A stretch of DNA of 64,000 nucleotides, taken from the NCBI GenBank assembly GCA_029866025.1, contig JARXAD010000006.1, positions 18,907 to 82,906 on the forward strand. Reading direction: 5' to 3'. Below the pieces are notes generated by a model. It was not told the origin of the DNA, did not search any database, and saw only the letters and a list, made by a program, of their open reading frames with translations. The position numbers were made by a program, and so were the translations under genes. Shown here piece after piece: positions 50,585 to 60,803 of this stretch (position 1 is its first letter; each line of letters starts with the position of its first letter). This stretch comes from Vampirovibrionales bacterium (GTDB lineage Bacteria; Cyanobacteriota; Vampirovibrionia; Vampirovibrionales; Vampirovibrionaceae).

Positions 50585-51817
50585 CTATTTGACGTTTTGG
50601 CTGAGCTGGAAAATGGGGAGGTAAAGACCGATAAGAATAAAGGTGAGCACCACCCCAATGACTACCGTAATAGCAGGCTGAATCATTTCAGTGAGGGCGT
50701 TCACCGCTTCCGTTACTTCGCGGTCCAGCACTTTGGCGGCTTTACCCAGCATGTAATCCAGGTTTCCTGTTTCTTCGCCAATACTAATCATCTTCACCAC
50801 CATGGGCGGGAAGGCGTTGGTTTCTTCCAAAGGCTTAAACAGGGTGCTACCTTCCAAAATTTTGTCTCGGGCATGCTTTAAGTGGGTCAGCAAAATTTCG
50901 TTATCCACCGTATCGGCAGCAATCATCAAGCTATCGGTTAAGGCCACACCAGCACCTTGCAAGGTGGCCAGGGTTTGAATAAACCCACTGGTAGAAGACT
51001 TTAAGACGAGGTTCCCAAATACAGGTAAGGTAAGGCTCCATTGATCAATCACCGGCTTACCGGCGGGAGACAGTCGGTACACGTTAAGCCACATGATGAA
51101 CCCGCCCAGGGCTAGAAAAATAGCCCACCAAAAGCCACACAAAAAATGGCTCACAAACACCAGTACTTGGGTAATAAAGGGTAGCTCACTGCCAGCCTGT
51201 TTAAAAATAGGCTCAAACTGTGGCACCAAAAAAATTACCACGCCACCCGTTACCAGAGTAATAATTACGGAGGTAATGGCAGGCATCATCAGGGCGCCAT
51301 TAATGCGGTTTTTCAGCACAATTTGGTTGTCAATTAAAAACGCCAAACGGTTGCTAATTTCCGACAGTTGCCCAGAGGATTCTCCGGCACGCATCAGGTT
51401 AATGTACAGCTTGCTAAACACGTGGGGGTGGCGAGCAATGGCGTTACTAAAAGTATCGCCCGTCATAATATCGGTACGGACCTTGTGAATGGTTTTTTGA
51501 AGGCTTTCGTTGGTGGTTTGGTTTTCAATCAGGTTTAAACCGTCAATAAGGGGCACCCCACTATCCAGCAAGGTGGCCAACTGCTCGGTAAACACCAGCA
51601 AATCGCGCTGGGTGGGTTGGTTCATGTTGCCAATGATGGGAATGGTTTTTAGCAGGGATTCAACAGTGATTTCTTCACGGTGCTCCAGCACTTCGGTAGG
51701 GATGTGGCCCTGGTTACGAATAAGCTCTTTGGCCTGGCGGTGATCCAGCGCCTCAATTTTGCCCTGCACCGCTCGGTGAGAGTTGGCATCAATGGCGTTG
51801 TAGCGATAGATAGGCAT
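50585..51817 (-). CDS. pilC: Type IV pilus / T2SS inner-membrane platform protein (PilC/GspF family)
   Basis: 410 aa, duplicated GspF domains with three TM helices. Confidence 0.85.
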   Translation of the reverse strand: MPIYRYNAIDANSHRAVQGKIEALDHRQAKELIRNQGHIPTEVLEHREEITVESLLKTIPIIGNMNQPTQRDLLVFTEQLATLLDSGVPLIDGLNLIENQTTNESLQKTIHKVRTDIMTGDTFSNAIARHPHVFSKLYINLMRAGESSGQLSEISNRLAFLIDNQIVLKNRINGALMMPAITSVIITLVTGGVVIFLVPQFEPIFKQAGSELPFITQVLVFVSHFLCGFWWAIFLALGGFIMWLNVYRLSPAGKPVIDQWSLTLPVFGNLVLKSSTSGFIQTLATLQGAGVALTDSLMIAADTVDNEILLTHLKHARDKILEGSTLFKPLEETNAFPPMVVKMISIGEETGNLDYMLGKAAKVLDREVTEAVNALTEMIQPAITVVIGVVLTFILIGLYLPIFQLSQNVK

Positions 51818-51919
51818 GGCGTTTGGACTTTACCTAAGTTGTCTCAAGGGCTGCTTTATCAAAAAAAGTTAGTGATGTTTACGCGAGGAGTTGTTTTATA
51901 AAGGACCCGCGTTGCGGGC

Positions 51920-53875
51920 CTACCAGTCGAGACCGAGGACGCGGATGGCTTCGGGGAGGGTGGTGTGACCTTGGAGAATTTTGGATCGGGCGGACATAGC
52001 GAGGGTGTTCATGCCTTGCTGGATGGCCATGTCTTGGATGGTGAAGGATGACGCTTTGGTATCAATCAATTCTTGAATTTCACGAGTCACGCGGAGAATT
52101 TCGTAAATAGGCATCCGGCCAGAATAACCCGTGTTTTCGCACTGAGAACAGCCAGCAGCGTTGTACAAGGTGTGGTGGTGGGATTCTTCGGCTGAGAGAT
52201 GGAGCTGTTCTAAATCGTCCATGGTGGGTGTGTAGGGCACTTTGCAATGGGGACACAGCTTCCGAATGAGGCGCTGGGCCACAATACCAATAACGGTGGA
52301 ACTAATAAGGTAACCCTGGGCACCCATTTCACTCAATCGACTAATGGACTTGGCAGCGCTGTTGGTATGAAGGGTACTAAACACCAAGTGACCGGTTAAC
52401 GCCGCATGGATGGCAGACTCAAGAGTTTCATGATCCCGTACCTCACCCACAAGGATGACGTCGGGATCTTGGCGCAAGAAAGCCCGCAAGGTGCTGGCAA
52501 AGGTAATACCTGCCTTGGGGTTAATGGCCACCTGGTTCACGCCCAACAGTGGGTATTCCACCGGGTCTTCCACGGTACAAATATTCACTTCGGGGCTGTT
52601 AATTTCTCGCAAACAGCCATACAGGGTGGTGGTTTTACCGCTACCCGTAGGGCCTGTAACCAAAATAATGCCGTTGGGCGACTTAATGAGCCGCGACATG
52701 ATACGAAATTCGTCTTCATTGAGACCCACGTTGGCCAAGCCACCGCTCATTACCGTGGATCGCAGCACACGAATAACGATTTTTTCGCCAAACTGAATGG
52801 GAATGGTACTCACCCGCATGTCCACTTCTTGCGAGCCCACCTTAATGCGCATGCGTCCGTCTTGGGGGCGGCGGCGCTCGGCAATGTCCATGCCGCTACT
52901 CACCTTAATACGCGAAATTACAGCCCCTGCCATTTTACGAGGAATGTTTTTCACTTCACGCAAAATGCCATCCACCCGGTAGCGTATAAGCAATTGTGCA
53001 CGCTGGGGCTCTACGTGAATATCGGAAGCATTCAGTTCAATGGCTTCCAGCAGCAAGGCATTCACCAACTGAACGACTGGCGCATCTTCAATGTCGGCTT
53101 CCGTAGTGCTGTCGTTTTCCTGGGTCAGGTAAACGTCTTCGCCACCCTTAAAGTTGGCTTCCAACTTGCGTAAGGCTTCATCGCCAGAAAAATGCTGCTT
53201 AAAATGCGTGTCAAAAAAGGCCAGCAATTCGCTGTGGGTTGAGACCCGTGGAACCGCCCGATACCCTGTAATGAGGGCAATTTCATCCAAAGGGGCCACA
53301 TGATCAGGGCGCGCCACCGCCACTTCCAAACGGCGCAGCTCTTTGTTGAGGCGCAAGGGCAGTACCAAATGGCGCTTCATAAAGTCTTCCGGCAGCAAAG
53401 ATAGCAGCTCAGGATCCACCTGAATGCCCTTGAGGCTGATGTATTGCAGGTGGTGCAGTTGGGCCAGGGCACGGCCAATGTCAGATTCGTCCACATACCC
53501 CAAGCGAACCAAGGTCATGCCCAAGGGCAATTTGCTGGATTTGGATTGGGATAGAGCTCGTTTTAGCTGGTCTTCGTTGATAAGGCCATTGGCCGTTAAA
53601 ATATCTCCCAAGCGCAATGGGGCTTTAGAGGTAGATGCCTGTTGGTTGGCCTGCACCACTTGCTGTTGGGGAGGAACCGAGCCCCCATTGGAGGGGCCAC
53701 TAATAAATTGGGTTTGGCCGTTTTGCAAGGCCTCTTTGGCTTGGGGATGACTATAGCCCTGAGACGTTTGGGGCACCACGCCGCTGCCACCATCGCCAGG
53801 GTTAGAACCTTGGGGGCGAGGGTTGTTGTTTGAAAAAGGTGGTGGCGGAACGGGCATCCGTTTCGCTAGCTCCAA
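51920..53875 (-). CDS. pilB: Type IV pilus assembly / T2SS ATPase (PilB/GspE family) with ~130-aa Pro/Gln-rich N-terminal extension
   Basis: GspE_N domain, Walker A GPTGSGKTTT, Asp/His boxes, C-terminal tetracysteine CPHC...CSQC. Confidence 0.85.
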   Translation of the reverse strand: MELAKRMPVPPPPFSNNNPRPQGSNPGDGGSGVVPQTSQGYSHPQAKEALQNGQTQFISGPSNGGSVPPQQQVVQANQQASTSKAPLRLGDILTANGLINEDQLKRALSQSKSSKLPLGMTLVRLGYVDESDIGRALAQLHHLQYISLKGIQVDPELLSLLPEDFMKRHLVLPLRLNKELRRLEVAVARPDHVAPLDEIALITGYRAVPRVSTHSELLAFFDTHFKQHFSGDEALRKLEANFKGGEDVYLTQENDSTTEADIEDAPVVQLVNALLLEAIELNASDIHVEPQRAQLLIRYRVDGILREVKNIPRKMAGAVISRIKVSSGMDIAERRRPQDGRMRIKVGSQEVDMRVSTIPIQFGEKIVIRVLRSTVMSGGLANVGLNEDEFRIMSRLIKSPNGIILVTGPTGSGKTTTLYGCLREINSPEVNICTVEDPVEYPLLGVNQVAINPKAGITFASTLRAFLRQDPDVILVGEVRDHETLESAIHAALTGHLVFSTLHTNSAAKSISRLSEMGAQGYLISSTVIGIVAQRLIRKLCPHCKVPYTPTMDDLEQLHLSAEESHHHTLYNAAGCSQCENTGYSGRMPIYEILRVTREIQELIDTKASSFTIQDMAIQQGMNTLAMSARSKILQGHTTLPEAIRVLGLDW

Positions 53876-54063
53876 CGCGGGGTGTTTTTAGAACCGGTTA
53901 CAGGCTATTCAGCAATCCAATAGCAGGTAAACAGGCTTAAAACCGACAGAAATTCCAATGGATGGCAATGGTATCGACTCAAATCAACCAAATGACAGAA
54001 CAAATGATGTTTGTTTCACAATGAACTCAACCGATACGGATCCCCAAAAGAGACCTTAATCGT

Positions 54064-55041
54064 TTGTATCGACCTGTTATCCCCAAACTTGAGAGTGGCC
54101 CCGCCATGCCCACCCCAAAACCGTCCTTTTTGCCGCCGGGTCGGCTTTCTTTAGAGGCATGCCGTGTGTTTTTACGAGAAGCCTTGACCCCCGTTACCAC
54201 CAGCCAAGCCCAATGCACCACAGAAACTCATTGGTTATTGGAAAAGGCCACAGGAATGTCTCCATCGGCCTGGCTGGCCAACCCACGCACCCTTCTCTCC
54301 ACTCAAGCCAGAGAGCAACTGGACCACTGGCTACACCAGCGTGTTGTAGATCGGTGCCCCATCCAATACCTTCTGGGGGAAGCTCACTTTTTTGGGCTCA
54401 CCTTTGCTGTTTCGCCAGCAGTCCTTATCCCACGTCCCGAGACTGAGCTGTTGGTAGAAGCCGCCGTAGCGGAAGCCCTTCATCGTCTAAAACACAGCAC
54501 GGGCACATTACGCATTGTGGATGTGGGCACGGGGTCGGGCTGTATCCCCATTGCTATAGGCCATACGCTTCGTTCTCAACTCTCTAACAAAGATTGGAAG
54601 CGCATTGAAGTCTTGGCTGTGGATTGTTCTTCCGAAGCCCTGGCTGTGGCAACACAAAACGCAACCAAGCATGCCATTCCCATCACTTTTTACCAGGGCA
54701 GTTGGCTACAGCCTCTATTGGCTGGAAAATTAACGGTGGAGATGATTATCTCTAACCCGCCCTACATTCCAAGTGCCGTGTGCAATGAGCTAGCCCCTGA
54801 AGTCATTGGCCACGAGCCTCGCTTGGCCTTGGATGGTGGCCCCGATGGACTGCAGCCCTACCGAGAATTGTTTGCCCAAGCCAAAGGCTGTTTAACCCCT
54901 AACGGGTGGATTTCATGTGAATTCGGGGGTTACCAAGCAAGTTTAATAACCACCCTCCTTCATTCGTTTGGATTTCAGTCAGTTTATGTACAACAGGATT
55001 TGGCTGGCGTTGAGCGGCTTGTAACTGCTCGTCAATCTTAA
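54064..55041 (+). CDS. prmC: Release-factor glutamine N5-methyltransferase
   Basis: SAM motif VDVGTGSGCIPIA, catalytic IISNPPY, C-terminal DLAGVERLV. Confidence 0.85.
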   Translation: MYRPVIPKLESGPAMPTPKPSFLPPGRLSLEACRVFLREALTPVTTSQAQCTTETHWLLEKATGMSPSAWLANPRTLLSTQAREQLDHWLHQRVVDRCPIQYLLGEAHFFGLTFAVSPAVLIPRPETELLVEAAVAEALHRLKHSTGTLRIVDVGTGSGCIPIAIGHTLRSQLSNKDWKRIEVLAVDCSSEALAVATQNATKHAIPITFYQGSWLQPLLAGKLTVEMIISNPPYIPSAVCNELAPEVIGHEPRLALDGGPDGLQPYRELFAQAKGCLTPNGWISCEFGGYQASLITTLLHSFGFQSVYVQQDLAGVERLVTARQS

Positions 55042-55513
55042 CGCCAGGCAACAAACGCCTTATTTTTTGCTCATACTCTGCTGCAGATAAATTTTCCATT
55101 GGAATGAGTGGTCGTTCTAACCGAGCACTCGCTGCAATGTCCTGAGGGTGGTTCAATACAATATAGTAGGTATTATTTAAAATCATAAAATAATAGGGAT
55201 TAGAGGGATCCTTCATTTGCCAAAGCTCAATGGTGGTTTCTACCTTCGGATCAAAACGACTACAAAACTGTCTTACGGTTTCACCCTCGCCAAGCTTATC
55301 CAGCAAGCCTAACAGCTGTTGGGTGTTCTCAAACCCCACTATTGTTAAATTCGGGTATTCCTTAAACGCAGAATGTGACAGCTTAAAGGGACTCGGAAGT
55401 GACTCCGTTGGGGCATCCAGAAAAGGGTGAGCAGAAAACGTAGAAAAAACAGGCCCGAGAGGAGAGCGAGGCTTTAAGAATGAAAATGTCGAAAGACGCA
55501 TTGATGTTACCAT
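54899..55513 (-). CDS. Hypothetical protein whose 3' 143 nt overlap prmC antisense
   Basis: Protein-like composition, no motif; overlap makes annotation uncertain. Confidence 0.3.
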   Translation of the reverse strand: MVTSMRLSTFSFLKPRSPLGPVFSTFSAHPFLDAPTESLPSPFKLSHSAFKEYPNLTIVGFENTQQLLGLLDKLGEGETVRQFCSRFDPKVETTIELWQMKDPSNPYYFMILNNTYYIVLNHPQDIAASARLERPLIPMENLSAAEYEQKIRRLLPGVKIDEQLQAAQRQPNPVVHKLTEIQTNEGGWLLNLLGNPRIHMKSTR

Positions 55514-55538
55514 TTTTTAAATAAAGGCCCGTTTGGGC

Positions 55539-56240
55539 CTAGCGTCCAAACATAGTGGAATCAACGCGCTGCATGTTGCGAAATTGCCCTCGGCTATTTG
55601 CCGGTTCCGACTGAATGTCTTCAATAACAAAGGGACTTGGGTTTCCGCCCAATGTGGTGCGGGCTGCGCCCAATTTTTCCGCTTCAATGGCGTACAGGCT
55701 GCTCATCATGCCCACCACTTGGCCGTTTCGCATGCTTACGTATTGGTGGGTGGTGGTGCCGTGCATACGGTTGCCCTCCACCGTTAAGGTAGGGCGCTCC
55801 ACCAAATATTCTCGGCCCGCTCGCAGCACTGCCTTGTGGTTAAAGGTGGCCGTATTGCCCCGCACTTGATCCACCGTAATGGTGGCCAGGGCACCCGTGT
55901 TGGGGTTGGACAACGTGACAGCATCGCCGGCTTGCACCAAGTTCCACACATCGTTTACCACGGGGGTGTGAGGCCCCGGCACGCTGGTTTTAATGAGTGT
56001 GGCCGTCACGCTCCACTGGCCGTACATCTCACTGGGCAGCTGGTAGCTTTCCGTCACCCGAATCTTCATGGGCTCTCGCTGCGGAGAGACTTGAGGCGGG
56101 GCTTGAGTGGAAGGCAACTTGGGCAAGGTTTTACTGCCCACAGAAGGATCCTGCTCCAGTGTGGGTTCACTGGCCATGGCCAACAGATGGCCCCCTGCAA
56201 AGGTAGCCATCAGCACGGTAAAAACAAGGCGATGTTTCAT
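55539..56240 (-). CDS. Secreted hypothetical protein (start set at ATG 56238-56240 giving signal peptide MKHRLVFTVLMATFAGGHLLAMA)
   Basis: Signal peptide only appears from this internal Met; the longer ORF to 56351 would bury a 20-bp palindrome in coding sequence. Confidence 0.5.
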   Translation of the reverse strand: MKHRLVFTVLMATFAGGHLLAMASEPTLEQDPSVGSKTLPKLPSTQAPPQVSPQREPMKIRVTESYQLPSEMYGQWSVTATLIKTSVPGPHTPVVNDVWNLVQAGDAVTLSNPNTGALATITVDQVRGNTATFNHKAVLRAGREYLVERPTLTVEGNRMHGTTTHQYVSMRNGQVVGMMSSLYAIEAEKLGAARTTLGGNPSPFVIEDIQSEPANSRGQFRNMQRVDSTMFGR

Positions 56241-56300
56241 AGACTTTATAGTAGCCAACTTAGGCCATTTTGTTCCATAACGAATGATCGAAATAGCCAA

Positions 56301-56320
56301 GGTTGACGTTAACGTCAACC
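56301..56320. promoter_or_regulatory. 20-bp perfect palindrome GGTTGACGTTAACGTCAACC in divergent promoter region
   Basis: Exactly self-complementary. Confidence 0.5.
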
Positions 56321-56364
56321 TCGTAAGCTGGCCTTTTAAAAAAGAAGGCAATGTTCACTCCAAA

Positions 56365-56384
56365 GGTTTACGTCAACGTCAACC
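56365..56384. promoter_or_regulatory. Second copy of the 20-bp element (GGTTTACGTCAACGTCAACC, 2 mismatches), 64 bp from the first
   Basis: 18/20 identity to 56301-56320. Confidence 0.45.
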
Positions 56385-56452
56385 TTCATAAAGAGGAACG
56401 ATGGTGTTTGCTATGATTAAGGAGCCCCCCGTATTAAACAAGGAACGTTGCC

Positions 56453-57451
56453 ATGAACATCAAAGCCAACATCTCAGAGCTCGTAGGTAACACGCCCCTG
56501 GTATATCTAGGTGGCATGAACACCAGCGGTGCCCGCATAGCCCTCAAACTAGAGAGCATGGAACCCACCAGCAGCGTGAAAGATCGCATTGCCCTCAGCA
56601 TGATTCGCAATGCCGAAGCCCGTGGCACCATTACGCCGGGTAAAACCGTTCTAGTAGAACCCACCAGCGGCAACACCGGCGTTGGGTTGGCTTGTATGGC
56701 GGCTGCACGGGGCTATCGCCTTATTCTCACCATGCCAGAAACGATGAGCTTAGAACGCCGTATCGTATTGCTTGCCTTTGGGGCGGAAATCATCCTCACC
56801 CCAGGTCCTTTGGGCATGAAGGGCGCCATTGCCAAAGCAGACGAGATTTTGGCCGACCTGAAAGCCAGCGGCCAAGACGCCGTGATGCTCCAACAATTTG
56901 ACAACCCCGATAACCCCCTCATCCATTACCAAACCACGGGCCCCGAAATTTGGGCCGACACCGACGGTACTGTGGATATTTTTGTGGCAGGCGTGGGCAC
57001 CGGCGGCACCATTACCGGCGTGGGCACGTACCTTAAAGAACAAAATTCCTCCGTGCGCTTGGTGGCGGTAGAGCCCGCCGAAAGCCCTGTATTAACAGGC
57101 GGTCAGGCGGGGCCTCATAAAATACAGGGTATTGGTGCAGGCTTTGTGCCTAAGGTACTGAATTTAGCTTTGCTGGATGAAACCATGACGGTAACCAGCG
57201 AGGATGCCATGATTATGACCCGCCGATTGGCGAAAGAAGAAGGCCTGTTTGTGGGTATTTCCAGCGGCGCCACGGTGCATGCAGCCCTAAAATTGGCCCA
57301 ACGCCCCACCTACGAAGGCAAGCTAATTGTGGTGATTATTGCCAGCTTTGGGGAACGTTACTTGTCTGCCCCTGTGTTTGATGAGTACCGGGAAGCCGCC
57401 TTGGCTTTACTCCCTCAGGCTGCTCACGCCAAGGCGTGTTTATCTACTTAA
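56453..57451 (+). CDS. cysK: Cysteine synthase (O-acetylserine sulfhydrylase)
   Basis: PLP lysine region [13 protein letters not shown] and GxGTGGT loops. Confidence 0.85.
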   Translation: MNIKANISELVGNTPLVYLGGMNTSGARIALKLESMEPTSSVKDRIALSMIRNAEARGTITPGKTVLVEPTSGNTGVGLACMAAARGYRLILTMPETMSLERRIVLLAFGAEIILTPGPLGMKGAIAKADEILADLKASGQDAVMLQQFDNPDNPLIHYQTTGPEIWADTDGTVDIFVAGVGTGGTITGVGTYLKEQNSSVRLVAVEPAESPVLTGGQAGPHKIQGIGAGFVPKVLNLALLDETMTVTSEDAMIMTRRLAKEEGLFVGISSGATVHAALKLAQRPTYEGKLIVVIIASFGERYLSAPVFDEYREAALALLPQAAHAKACLST

Positions 57452-57570
57452 ACAAAGTGTAAACCTCAATAGATTTAGAAATCAACCTGATCCTGTGGGT
57501 GAGGGTCCGGTCCCTCAACGAAATGGCGCTATCTTTATGATCTTTCGGTAATAAAACGTGTTTCTCTCCT

Positions 57571-58257
57571 TTGTTCAATAATAGCCAAATGCAATCCATC
57601 CCCCTCATCGACATCTCCGTTCCCATGACGGAAAGCCTCCCAGTGTGGCCCGGCGACCCACCCATGCAGGTGGAACGAGTATTAGACGTGTGCTGCGGAG
57701 ACGACGCCACCGTAAGCCGCTGGACCATTGGTGCCCACACAGGCACTCACGTGGATGCCCCGTCTCACTTTATCAAAGGCGGTAAAACGCTGGCAGAAAT
57801 CCCTCTACACGAATGGTGTGGCCCCTGCCGCGTGGTAGAGATACGTGACAGAGCTTTGATTACCATTGCCGATGTGATGCACCTTGCTTGGGATGGCGTG
57901 ACAAAGGTTTTCTTCAAAACCGATAACTCCCTACTCATAGAGGATAAGCCATGGTACGAGCGTCCGTTCAACCCACAGTTTAGCGCGCTCTCAGTAGATG
58001 CAGCCCAATATCTCCTCCAACAAGGGATTACGTTAATTGGCATCGACTACTTGTCCGTCGAAGCCTATGATTCCGAAGGTGCACCCGTGCACCACACCCT
58101 GCTGGGTCATGATGTTCGCATTGTGGAAGGGCTAAATCTAACTCAGGTGGAGGCGGGCGATTATCAGCTGTGGTGTTTCCCTATACACATGGCTCATACC
58201 AACGGCGGCGATGGCGCTTTGGCCCGCGTGGCACTGCAGGCAATACCTGAACAATAA
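57571..58257 (+). CDS. Cyclase-family metal hydrolase (kynurenine formamidase-like)
   Basis: HTGTHVDAPSHF signature of cyclase/KynB family. Confidence 0.7.
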   Translation: MFNNSQMQSIPLIDISVPMTESLPVWPGDPPMQVERVLDVCCGDDATVSRWTIGAHTGTHVDAPSHFIKGGKTLAEIPLHEWCGPCRVVEIRDRALITIADVMHLAWDGVTKVFFKTDNSLLIEDKPWYERPFNPQFSALSVDAAQYLLQQGITLIGIDYLSVEAYDSEGAPVHHTLLGHDVRIVEGLNLTQVEAGDYQLWCFPIHMAHTNGGDGALARVALQAIPEQ

Positions 58258-58350
58258 TGGATCCTTGGCTCCTTTTGACCCGACTGTCCTTCCCCACTAC
58301 AATACACAGACGGCTTTTTTGACAAGGCGGGTTGGGGAAAGGGAACGGTT

Positions 58351-59004
58351 GTGAGCGAACATACCGAGGAAATCATTCAAACATTATCGCAAGTGCCGGC
58401 CATACCCATTGTGCGCAGCACCAGCCCAGAAGCGGCCTTGTGGGCTGCCCAAACCATTTTATCCAGCGGCTGGAACCTCGTGGAGCTGACATGGACCATT
58501 CCGCAAGCCAATGAAGTGATTGCTCAATTGCGAAAAGAGTTCCCCAAGGCCAGCATTGGGGTGGGCAGCATTTTAAGCGAGGCCCACTACGAAGCCGCTC
58601 AACTGGCCGGTGGCAATTGGTTCGTTACCCCCATGCTGGATGAAGGTTTGGTCCAGGCCGTTCACAACAACGGCGGCGTGGTGATTCCAGGCGTCTTAAC
58701 CCCCACCGAAGTCTATCGTGGGTGCTTGTTGGGCGTTCCCGCCATGAAAGTGTTTCCTATCTCTTCTATGGGCGGCGTTTCGTACTTAAAAAGCTTGCTG
58801 GAACCCTTTGGCCATACGGTGCAACAACCGTTACAACTCATGGTGTGTGGCGGCATTGGCCTGGAAGACGTGGCTGCCTACAAGCAAGCCGGTGCTTTAT
58901 CGGTTGGGCTAGGTAAAGCGCTCGTCTCCAATGATATTCTCAATCGCCGCGATGGCGATTTGCTGCGCAGCCGATTGAGTGCATTGCAGCCCGTTGCGAT
59001 ATAG
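58351..59004 (+). CDS. eda: KDPG / 4-hydroxy-2-oxoglutarate aldolase
   Basis: 217 aa, Eda-like layout (IPIVRS..., VELTWT, C-terminal GxGG loop, Schiff-base Lys region). Confidence 0.6.
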   Translation: MSEHTEEIIQTLSQVPAIPIVRSTSPEAALWAAQTILSSGWNLVELTWTIPQANEVIAQLRKEFPKASIGVGSILSEAHYEAAQLAGGNWFVTPMLDEGLVQAVHNNGGVVIPGVLTPTEVYRGCLLGVPAMKVFPISSMGGVSYLKSLLEPFGHTVQQPLQLMVCGGIGLEDVAAYKQAGALSVGLGKALVSNDILNRRDGDLLRSRLSALQPVAI

Positions 59005-59070
59005 AATGCTGCCCCTAGTGGTGTTAACAATAAAATAGTGGTGTTGGCAATAAAATGAGTACATTGGGTT

Positions 59071-60159
59071 GTGAAAATTGTAACCGTCTTGGGCGCTCGC
59101 CCTCAATTTATTAAAGCCGCGCCGGTTTCTAAGGCACTGGCCGAGGCTGGGCTAGATGAAATTCTGGTTCATACCGGCCAGCATTACGACGCCAATATGT
59201 CATCCGTATTTTTTGACGAACTGGGCATGCGCCCCCCTGCCTATACGCTGGAAACCGGTGGCGGCAGCCGCATGAGCCAAGTCAGCCGTGGACTCGCCCA
59301 GTTAGAAGAAATCCTGATTAAAGAGAAACCCGACCGGGTGCTGGTGTATGGCGATACCAACGCCACCTTTAGTGGGGCCTTTGCTGCTGTGGCTCATAAC
59401 ATCCCTTTGGCCCATGTGGAAGCAGGCCTGCGTAGCTTTAACCGCCGCATGCCCGAAGAAACCAACCGAATCCTCACGGATCATGTGGCGCAATGGTGCT
59501 TTACCCCCACGCCAGAGGCCACCCAACAACTGGCCAAGGAAGGCATTACCGGCCATTGGGTGGGGGATGTGATGCTGGACGCCCTCCTTCAATTCTCTCC
59601 CACGGCTCAAGAGCATGCCTCTTGGGTAGCCTTAAAAAACCAACATGGGCTTGAAAAAAACAGCTATGTGCTGTTGACCATGCACCGTGCGGAAAGCACG
59701 GACAAGCCCGACGTGCTGCGTGATCTCTTTAAAACCTTAAACAACAGTGGTCATCGGGTGTTGTTTCCGGTGCATCCCCGCACAAAACCCCTGTGGAAGG
59801 CCATTGTGGAGGAGACGCCGTTGGCCAATATCATCCCCGTAGAACCCTTGGGCTACTTGGCCATGCTGGCTGCCGAAAGCAACGCCAGTGCTATTGTAAC
59901 GGATAGTGGCGGCGTGCAAAAAGAAGCCGCCATGCTGGGCGTGCCTTGCCTGACACTTCGTACCGAAACCGAGTGGGTGGAAACCGTTGCTTGGGGCGTC
60001 AATCAGGTGATTGGGCTGGATGCTGAAAAACTTTCCAGCGCCTTGGCAGCCTTACAAACCAATGCCCCAGTTGCTGTTAGCCTGCAAACCATCCATCAGT
60101 ATTATGGCAGTGGCCACGCCAGCCAGCGGATTGTCGCCCTGTTGCAGGGCAATGATTAG
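59071..60159 (+). CDS. wecB: UDP-N-acetylglucosamine 2-epimerase (non-hydrolysing)
   Basis: MKIVTVLGARPQFIKAAPV...HTGQHYD N-terminus and conserved DSGGVQKEA. Confidence 0.9.
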   Translation: MKIVTVLGARPQFIKAAPVSKALAEAGLDEILVHTGQHYDANMSSVFFDELGMRPPAYTLETGGGSRMSQVSRGLAQLEEILIKEKPDRVLVYGDTNATFSGAFAAVAHNIPLAHVEAGLRSFNRRMPEETNRILTDHVAQWCFTPTPEATQQLAKEGITGHWVGDVMLDALLQFSPTAQEHASWVALKNQHGLEKNSYVLLTMHRAESTDKPDVLRDLFKTLNNSGHRVLFPVHPRTKPLWKAIVEETPLANIIPVEPLGYLAMLAAESNASAIVTDSGGVQKEAAMLGVPCLTLRTETEWVETVAWGVNQVIGLDAEKLSSALAALQTNAPVAVSLQTIHQYYGSGHASQRIVALLQGND

Positions 60160-60192
60160 GGGCATTGCCCTGCAAGCAAATGTTCCATTTAA

Positions 60193-60591
60193 TTAGAATT
60201 GTATTTTCTTTTTTTTGTAACCCGGCTTTTTTATAAAGCCTTCACAATCATTACGGTTTGGGCCTGTATAAACCCTTTGTTTTTCAACACCATTACTATC
60301 GCGAATTATAAACACATCACCCTGTTCTTTACTGTAACTATGCGTAAGATGACAGTATCTAGGGTCCGTTGGAGGAACTGTAAGGTTATAATTATACAGG
60401 GCAATGCCCGCGGTTTTGTTCGCCTCTGTTACCTCATTGCACGGTTGCTTTGGTTCTGTGGCTTTATGTTGCCTCGGAGCCAGGCTTGGCTGATACCTTT
60501 GATACTTTTGTTTTGGTTGCTCACGCTGCCCCCAAGCCGCGGCTGGCAACGCCAAGGCTAGAGGTATCATTAATGTTTTCCAAGAAACCAT
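60193..60591 (-). CDS. Small secreted protein (133 aa with signal peptide), low GC
   Basis: Start at ATG 60589-60591 with AGGAG 10 nt upstream; MVSWKTLMIPLALALPAAAWG signal. Confidence 0.5.
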   Translation of the reverse strand: MVSWKTLMIPLALALPAAAWGQREQPKQKYQRYQPSLAPRQHKATEPKQPCNEVTEANKTAGIALYNYNLTVPPTDPRYCHLTHSYSKEQGDVFIIRDSNGVEKQRVYTGPNRNDCEGFIKKPGYKKKKIQF

Positions 60592-60803
60592 GGTGTGTTT
60601 ACTCCTGTCATGGATTTGCAAATGGTGTGTATACTGTATCAACTTAAAAAAGTATATTATTCATGCTAATGGGGCTAAGACAACATGTTAAAACAACACG
60701 ACGCCTAACGGGTTTATTTTTGGCTGCCACTGGCGTTTAATGCTTCATACTCCCTTTTGTACCGTGTTGCCTACACTTTTTTAACTCATAGGACTGCATT
60801 CCC

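Noticed and set aside
52406-53173. 255-aa plus-strand ORF inside pilB; 180-aa ORF 32637-33179 inside the aminotransferase
   Set aside because: Antisense to well-supported genes, no motifs.
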